A DNA stretch of 64,000 bases from Macrostomum lignano (Eukaryota): contig NIVC01004003.1 of assembly GCA_002269645.1 (NCBI GenBank), positions 1 through 64,000 on the forward strand, in the 5' to 3' direction. A program made the translations under genes and the position numbers. The notes beneath the pieces are model-generated. The model saw nothing but the letters and a program-made list of their open reading frames with translations. It was not told where the DNA came from and did no database searches. Positions 38,001-49,038 of the stretch are shown in pieces (the first letter of the stretch is position 1; each line of letters starts with the position of its first letter).

Positions 38001-41000
38001 TTACCTTTCTCCCCTCCTCTCTCCTTACCTTTCTCCTCTCTCCTTACCTTTCTCCTCTCTCCTTACCTTTCTCCTCTCTCCTTACCTTTCTCCTCTCCTC
38101 TCTCCTTACCTTTCTCCTCTCCTCTCTCCTTACCTTTCTCCTCTCCTCTCTCCTTACCTTTCTCCTCTCCTCTCTCCTTACCTTTCTCCCCTCCTATCTC
38201 CTTACCTTTCTCCTCTCTCCTTACCTTTCTTCTCTCTCCTTACCTTTCTCCTCTCCTCTCTCCTTACCTTTCTCCTCTCTCCTTACCTTTCTTCTCTCTC
38301 CTTACCTTTCTCCTCTCCTCTCTCCTCACCTTTCTCCCCTCCTATCTCCTTACCTTTCTCCTCTCCTCTCTCCTTACCTTTCTCCTCTCCTCTCTCCTTA
38401 CCTTTCTTCTCTCTCCTTACCTTTCTCCTCTCCTCTCTCCTTACCTTTCTCCTCTCCTCTCTCCTTACCTTTCTCCTCTCCTCTCTCCTTACCTTTCTCC
38501 TCTCCTCTCTCCTTACCTTTCTCCTCTCCTCTCCTCTCTCCTTTCTCCTCTCCTCTTTCCTTGCTCCCCTCCTCTCCTTCTCCCCCCTGTCACCCCCTCT
38601 CCCCTTTCGCCTCCTCTCCCCTCTCTTCTCTCTTGACCGCAGCCATGCGCTAGATTTCTATATCTGATCCTGTAGTTAAAAAAGCCAAGTTCAACTTGGG
38701 TTAAACAAACCTTGCTAAACCCGATTTTCGCATTGGGCACAGACTTCATCAGCTCGCTCTGCGGTGCGCCATCGCCAGCTGGCACGCTGGCAAACAGCAC
38801 AGCCTCGTGGCTGCCATGGTCGGCAACTTGGCGACCCTCATCAGTCAGCTCGAGACGGCTTGTCACCTCTGGCTGAGCAGAGATGATCTGCGTTAGAGGG
38901 GGTGGGCTGGCAAATTTTCATTGTAAACCAGAGACAGGACAAGATTTGGCAATATTTGGCAACATATGCAATAAAACAGATATGCTTTTATCCTACTAGT
39001 ATACTTAGTCCTAGTATACTTTTGTATCTAAGAGACGAATACTTATAAACTGATTGTATATATTGCATTTTTTCTATTGATTTATATCTTTTGAATGAAG
39101 AATCCCTTGTACTTCTGTCCTGGTTCCTTAATCTTGGTAGCAACAAACCACTAAGGCTTGGGTAAAAACAAAATCACTAGGAATAATTCTAAGTCTAAAA
39201 ATTTGTTGTTATTGCAGATAAGTATAAAGACTGTAAACATAACTTATAACTTATTTTCAATTTTTTGTTTAACTTTTATTTTCTTTGCAAATTGTATTAT
39301 TAAGTTATTATTTTCTGTTTTGTTTCCATATATTTTTATAAAAGCTTTTTTATACACATCTAGACTCTAGTGGCAATCTTTTAGTGTGCTACATGAATTT
39401 TTTTCACACAGAGATCCTCAGAACAGGTGTAATATGAGTAGCAAGCATATTATAAGTGTCAGGTAAGTGTTAGATGAGTTAATAATATTAGTACTATTGA
39501 GCCACCCAGTATAGGAAGTTCTGAAGAATTGAAGACCTTTCCCAGACACTTCTTTGGAAACTGGACATGGAAATAGAAACTGAAACCTCTACAAATTGTT
39601 GGAAGGCCTAGAAAATTGTCAGGTTGATGCTGATATTAATAAACTTAGCAGTTGTTTTCAGGGACAATGTTTTACAATGTTTTCCAATCATTGCAGAGTT
39701 GGCAAATTTGCTAAAAAGTTTGAAAAAAAACTAAATAATAATTTAATCCAATAAAATAGGGCTATAGTCAGGATTATAGCACCCATGTACTAGAACAAAT
39801 CCTATCAAAAAGTTTTGTTACGCTATACAATGCTGGAACTATTCTTATTCTAATAAGTTTGCCTGCACTGTATGCCAGATCTTTTTTTAAAATGAAACAA
39901 AAACATAAATCAATATTTTCCACTTGAAAAATACTGGTGAAACTTATATTTGAATCTTTTTTATACAAAATATAATGTTAATATATTTTAATTAGGCCAT
40001 CTTATTGATTATGGATCTAGGGCCTTAACTTTGTTAAGCTTGCCTATCTAGCTATACTATATAGTATATACACTATAACCTGAAATCAGCTATTTTGTAC
40101 ATTAACTGTGTACACTAATGAATGTTGGACCTAAAATTATTTATACCCAGTATATACCAAGATTGTCACTGAGCCCTATTGGAATAAGTGGTATTTTCGC
40201 GGACGGTGTCCGGCGCACTTTTTCTTTTTCCTCATAGTCATGGCGCATGGCGCGCTACGCGCGCCATGCGCCATGACGCACAGCAGCTCACAGGTAAGAT
40301 GCAAGGAGGACATCACGCGCTACATACAGCGCTGCTGAACAAGGATGAGAAGCATGCACAGGAGAAAGTCAGCAGCACGGTGGAAATTTAGCAAACTGTA
40401 AGTAAAACTTGTTTTTCTAATTTCTATAACTTTGATAATATTGCTATGGGCTATAGTATAGCATATCTCCTATCATATGTATTGATTGCTGTGTCATCTA
40501 GAATATGCATGCAAGTTAATCGTAAAATTGGAAATTGTAGTTGAAAGATCGCAGCAGAAATGTTCTTTATTGCCTCATAAACATTATAACATAGTGCCAA
40601 ATGCTAATTGCTCTTAATGTTCTCTTATAACGCAGTTGCAAGAAATAAAAAAGTAAACTAAATTCTATTAAAAGTCTCAACAAATTTTCTGCTTTGTTTA
40701 ATTATCTTTTTGATTGGTTGCGCGTACATTTATTTATGCTGACATTTAAATGTGAAAATATTCTTCGAAACACCATGCTAAATAGTTATCAGATTTGATA
40801 ACCCGACCCGAGCCAAAGTGCTACAACTACTACTGAAAAAGTGTGTGGATAAGGCAAAGACAATTTTGTTTGTTCATGAACTCTGTGTTGTTCATCACGG
40901 AGTTTCTTCATTTTGTATTAACCGATTAGCCAAATTGAAGTAAAGGGTTTCAGTGTTCGTAATTATTTTAAGTACTCACTGATGCAATTGCCACACTATT

Positions 41001-43991
41001 TACATTATTTATTTTTCTTTGAATAGACCAACAATGTAACTTTGTAAGTCAAAAGACGAGTAGACTAAGAATTAAGAAATAGATACAACTACAACAGAAG
41101 GGGGCAGAAGTACAGTACAGAACAGAGTGCAGTAAAACACAAGTGCGGTAAAACACACAACTTTCTCTCAATCTCTTTAAATCTCTCAAAAACGAGTGAT
41201 GCATCATCAGAATGAACATGATAGAGACTGGAGTCATGCACAATATCACCTAAACCTAGAGTGCTATGGCACCCTAGGATTTGAAGATTTGAATGACACA
41301 TCGTCCGTCCATACCACCTTAGGATTTGAAGATTGTCATGACGCACCATCCAGGCCACTTTATGATTGCCATGGCGCACTAGATGCACTGTCCACAGTGT
41401 CTGAAAACTTATTCCAATAGGGTCACTGAGGGGCAAAATATGCTGGAATTTTCTGGAATAAAGGCCACCTTCTAGACTATGGATAGTATATAGTTATATA
41501 TAAAAATGGGGATATCGCCAAGCTGACTGCATTAAGGATATCACCAACTAGACAAAATTTGACACCAAAGCATCTGAATTTGTCACTAAAGTATCTGTAA
41601 TTGTCCCCAGTGGTTGTATTGTAACCAAAATTTTGGCATTCTTCTCGAATCATTAATTAAACTATTTTTTCAATGTTTTTTGCATTTTCTCAATTTTAGA
41701 AGCGTATTTTAGCATGTTTGGACATCCCTGAAGCTATTAAAACAATAAAATTACCAGCTTTGTTTTTAAGCACTTTTTACATCTCTATAGTAGGGCAAAA
41801 AAGAAGTGAAGAGCCTAGGCTACAAGTTAAACTTGTATTTACTAACATAACAAACAGGTTAGCTGAAATATCTATGGTAAATTAACAGCTAGGATTTTCT
41901 ATGGGAAAGAGCATGGTAGACAAAGGGAGTTGGCTAACTGAAAAGTATGACTCAGCTGAGTTACAAAAAAGAAAGTAAAATTTTTGAAGGATAAAAACCC
42001 AACACATGTTGTCTGGGTTGATGGTCATTTTGTTTGCTACCAGTTTCTGCCATTCTTGTCTGCAAAAATATAATGCAGTCATTTTCTTTGCATTATAATG
42101 CCACAAATATTAAGACTAAGTATGACACCATAAATAAATAATGAAAAAATATCTATATATCTTAAGAAGTACTTAGGCCTATAGTGAATATAAAGAACTC
42201 ATTTGGTTAGAAGCACAAGCATAGAATCTAAAAAAAGGTTTTCCTAAGGGAATAGTAATGTACACATATACTAACTTCTTGTATATGGAATTCGTAAGCT
42301 GAATAATTGTTCATAATGAAAATGCATTATTATCATTGGATGAGATTATAATAACAATGCTCATAATAGCCAGCCAATCATATTCAACAGTGAACTTTGT
42401 ATCTGCCTTCAATATTTGTAACTGCAGCAGCTTCCCATCCACAAGTTCTTTTTTCAATGAATGTTGAAAATTAATACTATATTTCTTTGAAATATTGCAA
42501 TAAACAAAATTATACTTAGAAAAACTAATATCCTTTTTGCACGCCTTGCAATATATAATTAGGAAAAAATAGCTTTGCTAGCTATATAGCTATATCTTAA
42601 ATTTTTATTCTCAAAAAGTTGTTTCATCTGCCAGCAGACAAAAAGGCAGCAGATGAAATGACTACAATTGTCTGACGTGGCATTGATACTTGTTGGAAGT
42701 GTCTATGGCCCAAAGGGATGAGTTGGTTAGAGGGATGGGAAGTCTGAACACTAAGACTTATGTTCTTTTGGCTAATTAGTTCTCGCTAAGACCATTAACT
42801 AACCATTTAGTCTATCAACACCATGCCAAGAGGCCATCCTCAAATTGTTAGGAATTGTTAGGAATAACGATGGAAAAAAGTGCTTGAATAAAACAAAGTT
42901 GTTACTTTAACTGTTTTAGCTTGAGGAATGTCCAAACATGCTAAAATCAGCTAAAATCATCAGAGAAAATGCGAAAAACATTGAAAAAATAGTTTAACAA
43001 ACAATTCGAGGACCACAGTCAGGAAGGTGGCAGTTTGGTCGGAAAAATCCGGCGCACACAAGCCCTTTTTGGGCACACAACGGCGCACAACGGCGCACAG
43101 CGGCGCGCCACAACAGCGCACAGCGGCGCACTGGCGCACAGCGGCGCACAACGGCGCACACCAGAGGACACCGGCGCATGGCGGCGCGGCGCGGCGGGCG
43201 CCGCGCCACATGCAGCGTTACCTTTGTGGCGATCCCATGTAACGATGTAAGTCGTTACTTGTTACAGTACACTATTCACTGTTCTATCTAATGTAACACT
43301 GCATTCTACCAAAAAATAAAAAATAAAATAAAATATTTTCCTTTTCCTTTTTACCTTTGTTTTTGCCATTTGCTTACTTTTTATGTTTGTTTTGTTTTAA
43401 AAATTAGAAATTTAATTAAAATTTTTTTAAATTTCTATTTTCGGTTTAACGATCTCAATTTCTCATAATATAATATAGATAGCCCGTAACCGTCCCGTAT
43501 ATTGGCGCACAAAAATTGTTGCTATGTTGTAAAAAAAGGTCTTTTATTGTCGCAAGGCAGGTAGTGGCGGGCGCACAACGGCGCACACGAGGGTTTTTGT
43601 GTCGGCGCACGGCGCACAATTTTGGGAGAGGCCAAAATTTGTTCCGGCGCACACTCTGCCACCTTCCTGACTATGGTTCGAGGAGAATGACAAAATTTCT
43701 TGTCACCAAGCTGACCAGTAACCATCATAGTAAATAACTTGTTAAACAGTCTTTTATTGTATAGACAAGATTATGCCAACTCAAACAATAGATAGAAACA
43801 AATACAGGTTGGGAAAAATTTATAAAAGAACTTGGTAAGCACCAGAAAATTACCTCTCCAAAGGCAAGAATGCTGTTCAAGGCTCCTACTATCTTTTGGT
43901 GCTCAACATTCATTTCCTTACATAATTCTGTGGACGAACAAGTTTCATGCTTGTCAATATACGCTAGGATATTTGATCTTAGATCTTCCAT
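35072..43991 (-). CDS. FARSA: Phenylalanyl-tRNA synthetase alpha subunit, 5 exons: 43854-43991, 38711-38887, 37239-37450, 36131-36560, 35072-35614
   Basis: All four introns are GT-AG with compatible phases; the exons total 1500 nt (499 aa plus stop). Motifs: [94 protein letters not shown]-type [11 protein letters not shown]. Confidence 0.97.
35895..36085. repeat. ~27-bp tandem repeat in FARSA intron 4
   Basis: Unit gggatcacaggttgaggatcataaat(t/c). Confidence 0.88.
36685..37180. repeat. Degenerate short-unit array in FARSA intron 3
   Basis: Recurrent ctacaggctagactaca(t/g)c units. Confidence 0.9.
37700..38630. repeat. Pyrimidine-rich minisatellite in FARSA intron 2
   Basis: Unit ctctccttacctttctc(ctct). 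The LLSP/SSLL ORFs are artefacts. Confidence 0.96.
40237..40277. other. Perfect 19-bp stem, 3-nt loop palindrome
   Basis: gtcatggcgcatggcgcgc-tac-gcgcgccatgcgccatgac. Confidence 0.92.
43013..43676. mobile_element. MITE in FARSA intron 1 with 21-bp TIRs and an 8-bp TSD
   Basis: TIR cca(c/t)agtcaggaaggtggcag at both ends (1 mismatch). TSD TTCGAGGA at 43005-43012 and 43677-43684. Dense subterminal GGCGCAC repeats at both ends around an AT-rich core. Confidence 0.92.
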
Positions 43992-45129
43992 TGCATATAT
44001 GTTAAGGAGATCTGACTAACTAAATATTAATATTCGCACTACTAATAATCGTTCGAAAATAGCGCATGAATATTTCTTAGAAAATATCAGTTTTATGTAA
44101 AGTAACTGTTATATTTATTGGTAAAACTTTTTTGTAGGTTAGATTAAAGTGTTAGTTTAGTTACAATAATTGTCATTTAAATAATTAACTCACAGTGAAT
44201 GTGATAAAAGCTATTTATTTTTGTTTTAATGAACACCTATCGGCGCATGGGCACACCGATAGATTTAGAAAGAAGAACTGTATCTGCTACTAGAGCGGCA
44301 ATTTCTAATCTGAATAGTGGAATTCGACTCAGTTTTCTTTGAATTGATATTCTTTAAGGAAAAAGTCATTTAAAGCCCTCAGTCCTTTCTGAAACATCCC
44401 AGCAATATGTGAAAAAGCTACATGTACCCGTACATGTAAATGTACGGACAGGTATGTGCATGTATATATTGCTAAAAAATTTTCAAAAGAGTTGCAAGGA
44501 AGCAAAAAGTAATAAATAATTAGAATGTCACTAAAATCGCTTTATACATTGCAAAATACACGTAAAAATAAACCAAATGAGTCTTAAAAAATGAAATATT
44601 TATACGAGTATAGTGTTGCGTACATGTACGTCCTGAGACAGCAGTAACTTCAGCTATCGTCCTTGGATAATGCATATAAAGTACAAGTTTATTAAGTATA
44701 CAATGTAACAGTAACACCGTACATATACATGCGCATGTACATGTACATAGCAACTGCGATAAAGAAAAGATGAATAATTTGTATCTCTCTTTTAGATACA
44801 TTGTATGTCCAGCTCGTTCTTGTTTACAGCTAGTTTTCTCTCTCTGCACGTGTATAAGCTCAATCTGGTATTCTTATACCTTTCTCTCCGTCGTCGCTGG
44901 GTTTCTTCCAGTCTTAACCTTCTTCAGTTCCGCCTCCATCCTTTCCTACGTGTAGCAACTCACACTCCTCCACTATAACATGTTACGTTATGTATGTATA
45001 TAGATAACATAGACTTTTTTAGAATTTAAATGCACCACAGGCAAGGATTGTCTGTCGGCTGCAATATGGTAGGAATTTAATCAACTCAAAGGTCTTATGT
45101 TAGTCTTTAGTTCACCTTAATTGTTTTAT

Positions 45130-46130
45130 CCCTACAGCAACGCCAACTCTTTTTACAGCAACACCAAACAACAACAGATCGGTCTCTTCGACTGTCGCAC
45201 TGGCGGTTATGTTGTGCCTCAAAAACACAAAAATACGCGGTCAGCGTCACAGGTCACGCCTCAGGGCCAGGTCGCGAACGAACGCCACGCCACCGACCGA
45301 ATCCGGGGCGCCAGCGTAAGCCAGCAGGCAGTCGACGAAGCGCCGAGTTCGGGCCTCCCCCATGCCGATAGGGTGTCTGCAGCGTCAGCAGAAGTACCTC
45401 CTGCACTGGCTCTGGGTAGTACGACTCACCGCGGATGATGTAGCCTGCTAGCTGGAGTCCGCCGACGGCGCAACAGCTAGGGCACTTGGACAGACCAGGC
45501 CGGCGCAGTAATGCAAAGCCGCGTTGGCTACTCGCTCGTAGCCGCGATCTTGAAGGTGGCGCGCAGCTGCAGGCCAGTGTGAGCTGCGTCAACCTGTTGC
45601 TCGAGCAAGTCCGTCATCGTCCAGGTCTCGATCGGCGTTGTACAACAGTAAGGTCTCGATCGCCTGGAACAACGCCGCCCTCTGGCGGTCGGGTATAAGG
45701 CCTCGGACTGCAGGACTTGCCCTCACAGAACGAAAAGCAGGCAAAAGCAAGCCCACGGCGATGCCGGGAACCAGACCGCCGAGGTAGATGAACTGCTGAC
45801 AACGCGGAAGCTCTGTCACCTGTCCATCAGCGCCTCGGCACAAATTTGAAGCCTCGGTGTCGTCCGGCACGCAGAGCACGACGGTTTTCTGCGTGTTGAC
45901 CACCAGGCCAACACTCGCCGAAACAGCAACTAGCTTGTCCAGTTGTCGTTGGGCGCCCTCGACAGTTGAAGACAGAAGGGCGAGATTGTTGGCGTAGCCA
46001 AGCACACTGAGCCGCCTCTTTGGTTGACGTCGACCCACGCATCGGCGCAACAGAAACAGTAGGGTCTCGAATTGCAGCAGGACTGATTTAACACAACAAA
46101 AGGCAGCCTTTACTTTAACGACGATGCTGA
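45130..46130 (-). mobile_element. Decayed non-LTR retrotransposon 3' fragment (RT C-terminus)
   Basis: LSVLGYANNLALLS (degenerate YADD), AQRQLDKLVAVSASVGLVVNTQKT, FIYLGG. It ends in a (TTG)-rich tail near 45130-45175. Confidence 0.75.
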
Positions 46131-46450
46131 CCTCAATGTCGATCTAATAATTCTATGAATTCATTTCGATCTGGGTGCAAATGTAAGTTACTCATTTTGC
46201 TAAACAAGTCATTCAAACATGCTTCCGAATCCACTTCTTCGAATAGAGTCAGGGGCTATGTGCACCCTGGCGCACTTGAGGCCACATTGACATATAACTT
46301 TAAAAGCGTTTGAAGTTTAAGAAGTGTCTATAAATCACGCGACCTACAACTTGACCATCGACCTACAATTGACCATGGAGCCACCGGCTAAGCGTTTCTA
46401 CTATGTAGACTACAAGAAACTGCCAGGAGAAGCCATTTCTGGGTTGTCAT

Positions 46451-49038
46451 CAGGGACAACTAAAACCCTCGGGACGCGAAACGAGCCAATTCATGGCAAA
46501 AAATCTGAGGGGCTCGCTTAAAAGTATTGTTCTATGGCTTTTTCAAGTCTTCTCTGCTATCAGGCATTAACGGTTAGATTAAATAGTAAAGCGAGGCAAT
46601 GTCGAGTATTTAATTTAAGAATAGGAACCAGTGATATAATTACAATGTATTTACAATAAAGTAACCGCCATATCAACAAAAAACTCCAACGGCAAGAAGA
46701 TAAAAGATGAAAGCGAAGATGAAACTCCAACGGCAAGAAGATAAAGGATGAAAGCGAAGATGAAACTCCAATGGCAAGAAGATAGAAGCAAATACGGAAC
46801 TCCAAGGACAAGACGACACAAACAGTCAGTAGCTCGTACATAAAGGAAACGCTGGAACTTCACCTACTGAGCATCTAACTTCCGAAGCTTTCTATCATGG
46901 GATGTCGTCGGTATTGGTGGGAGTTTTGACGAGCGTCTTACTAGTCCTTTGAAAAAAAACGTTGGCTAGCCGACGGGACACACTGTCCATGCTGAACTGT
47001 GTCTTAGTTGGAAAGTAAAAGTCCTTAATAACATAAAACAGCTTCTGCACGCGAGTTGCGCACGTAGGAGAGTGCAGAATAAAACTGCTGTAGCAGAGAC
47101 AGGATAAGTCTAACAGCCATTGTGGAGGATGACAAAGCTTTCCGCGAGATAACTCTTCAGTGAATTCGCTGGCTGGAATGCTCGTCTCTGATATCAAATC
47201 TGTTCCTTTGATGCCTTCTTTAGTCGCTGTATAACCTGTCAATTTCCAATTAAGCACGGTTTGAATTGTTTTTATGAGATTGTGTGTAAAACCTCGTTGT
47301 GAATTAAATTTTAATTAATATCAAGCTTACCTGCGATATAGTAGAGCGAAGCCATCTCCGAAATGGAAAGCTCCTCTGATTTAGCAGCACAATTATCAAT
47401 GGTCGCCAGTTCAATTTCATTCAGCTGTTCATTGCAACATTTGCTCCGATCGTGCTTGTAGTCTGCTAATTCAAGGGATGCGAATAATTTCATTTGTCGG
47501 AGTCGAGCACTGAGCAGCACTTGCTCCACAGATACATAGTAGTTGCCGCCGCTCATTTGGCGATACACGCCAAACTCAGCCTCAAGTGGATCACTGTGAA
47601 AGTCAGCCAGCAGAACGTAGCTGATTCGTGGGTCGGAAAAAAGAACCTCACGCATCTCACAGGCTCCGCGCAGTGAGTTTACTAGCGCTGACTTGGTCTC
47701 GGGCGTCAATGAATGATGGCGAGCTCGGCCTTTTCCACAATGTGTCGAATCAAACGAATCCGCGAGCGCGCTAAGAAATTGTATGCTTTCATCTTGAACG
47801 GAATAGACTGGTCGCCTGTCCGGATCCCGTAGTCGTGCGTGTAGACCAGGATTTTTACACTTGACAATTTTCCAGAATCTCACTATGGTTTTGATAAATT
47901 CCGCAGTGTCTGAGTATCCATCACACTTCAATGCAGCGGCAACCCTTTCATCGAGAACTTGGAGAGCGAGACTGACTTTAGTTTTCTGAATGCTTGTGGG
48001 ATAACAGGCCTCATGAGTTAGACATGTGCGCTTGACTACGTGGTCTTTCTCCATTTGGTACAGGCGTACCACGTCTGACCATTTAGCGGATATTTGTCTG
48101 TCAGCGCCAGGAGGTTGAATGCTTAGAATTCCATTCGCTTCAATTTGCCAATTGTTGCGAATGCATTTGATAATGTGAACGAAATCGAACAGCATGAAGA
48201 CTTCCGACTCCTGTGCAGCATCCGTTCCAATCCATGGCTTCTCTCTTCCATCGCTAAATAAAGCAAAACACTTCGAACAAAGCAAAGCAAAATTCGAACA
48301 GACAGGTCTCCATCTTTATCTAACGTATACAAGTAAACGTCTTCGTTCTGTTCGCCTGTCGGTCCTGGTCTAAAATAAGAGTAAAAATAAAAGTAAGATA
48401 ATTGTGAGCGGCAAAATCGATATAGACGCTAAGTGTTGAGCAATCTTTAAGTTACGTACCTTGGTTCTGAACAAAACACGAGCTAGGAACTCCGTTAAAA
48501 ACAGAAGGAGGATTAATTAGCCTTTCGGTAGAGTTTTTCTTGACCATTGGAGCATCGCTTGGCCAATGCTTTACGCACACGCCCATATTGTCAGTCACTC
48601 TCTAAAATAATAAATTTTGGGTTTCAGTTGTTTGGACGAGACTGGCATGCAGAATTGAAGCGGAATTATGCAGCAGTAATGACAGCAAATGATCTGGTTT
48701 CTTACCTGGAGAATATTTGGCAGCGCCTTTCTCCATCGCTCTCGCTCCTGTGGATCTCTGGGAAACGCAAATGTCCGTGTTCGAACGGCTTCAGAGTTGT
48801 AATTTGACGAGCACGGAAATACGCTGCACTTTCTTGGCATTTCATCAAGTAAATAAAAAATGCTTCTCTTGATATAGTTCAGCTTAGCTTCACTGCTGGC
48901 CGCAGCTAAAGCAATTTTAATTTGCTTGATAGCAGAGAAGACTTGAAAAAGCCATAGAACAATACATTTAAGCGAGCCCCTCAGATTTTTTGCCATGAAT
49001 TGGCTCGTTTCGCGTCCTGAGGGTTTTAGTTGTCCCTG
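46451..49038 (-). mobile_element. P-element-superfamily transposon, internally deleted
   Basis: 116-bp TIRs starting CAGGGACAAC (46451-46566 and 48923-49038, 3 mismatches). 8-bp TSD GTTGTCAT at 46443-46450 and 49039-49046. It encodes a THAP domain and P-transposase segments. Confidence 0.95.
46895..48840 (-). pseudogene. THAP-domain P transposase, incomplete
   Basis: Exon 48706-48840 encodes THAP MPRKCSVFPCSSN...FAFPRDPQERERWRKAL. ORF 47311-48285 has LFDFVHIIKCIRNNW, KWSDVVRLY, TKVSLALQV, YVLLADFHSDPLEAEFGVYRQMSGGNY. There is not enough sequence between them for the oligomerisation/HTH region and the first RNase H segment. Confidence 0.85.

Noticed and set aside
39000-42900. A nested gene in AT-rich FARSA intron 1
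   Set aside because: Only short ORFs with no recognisable motifs, and no consistent exon chain was found.
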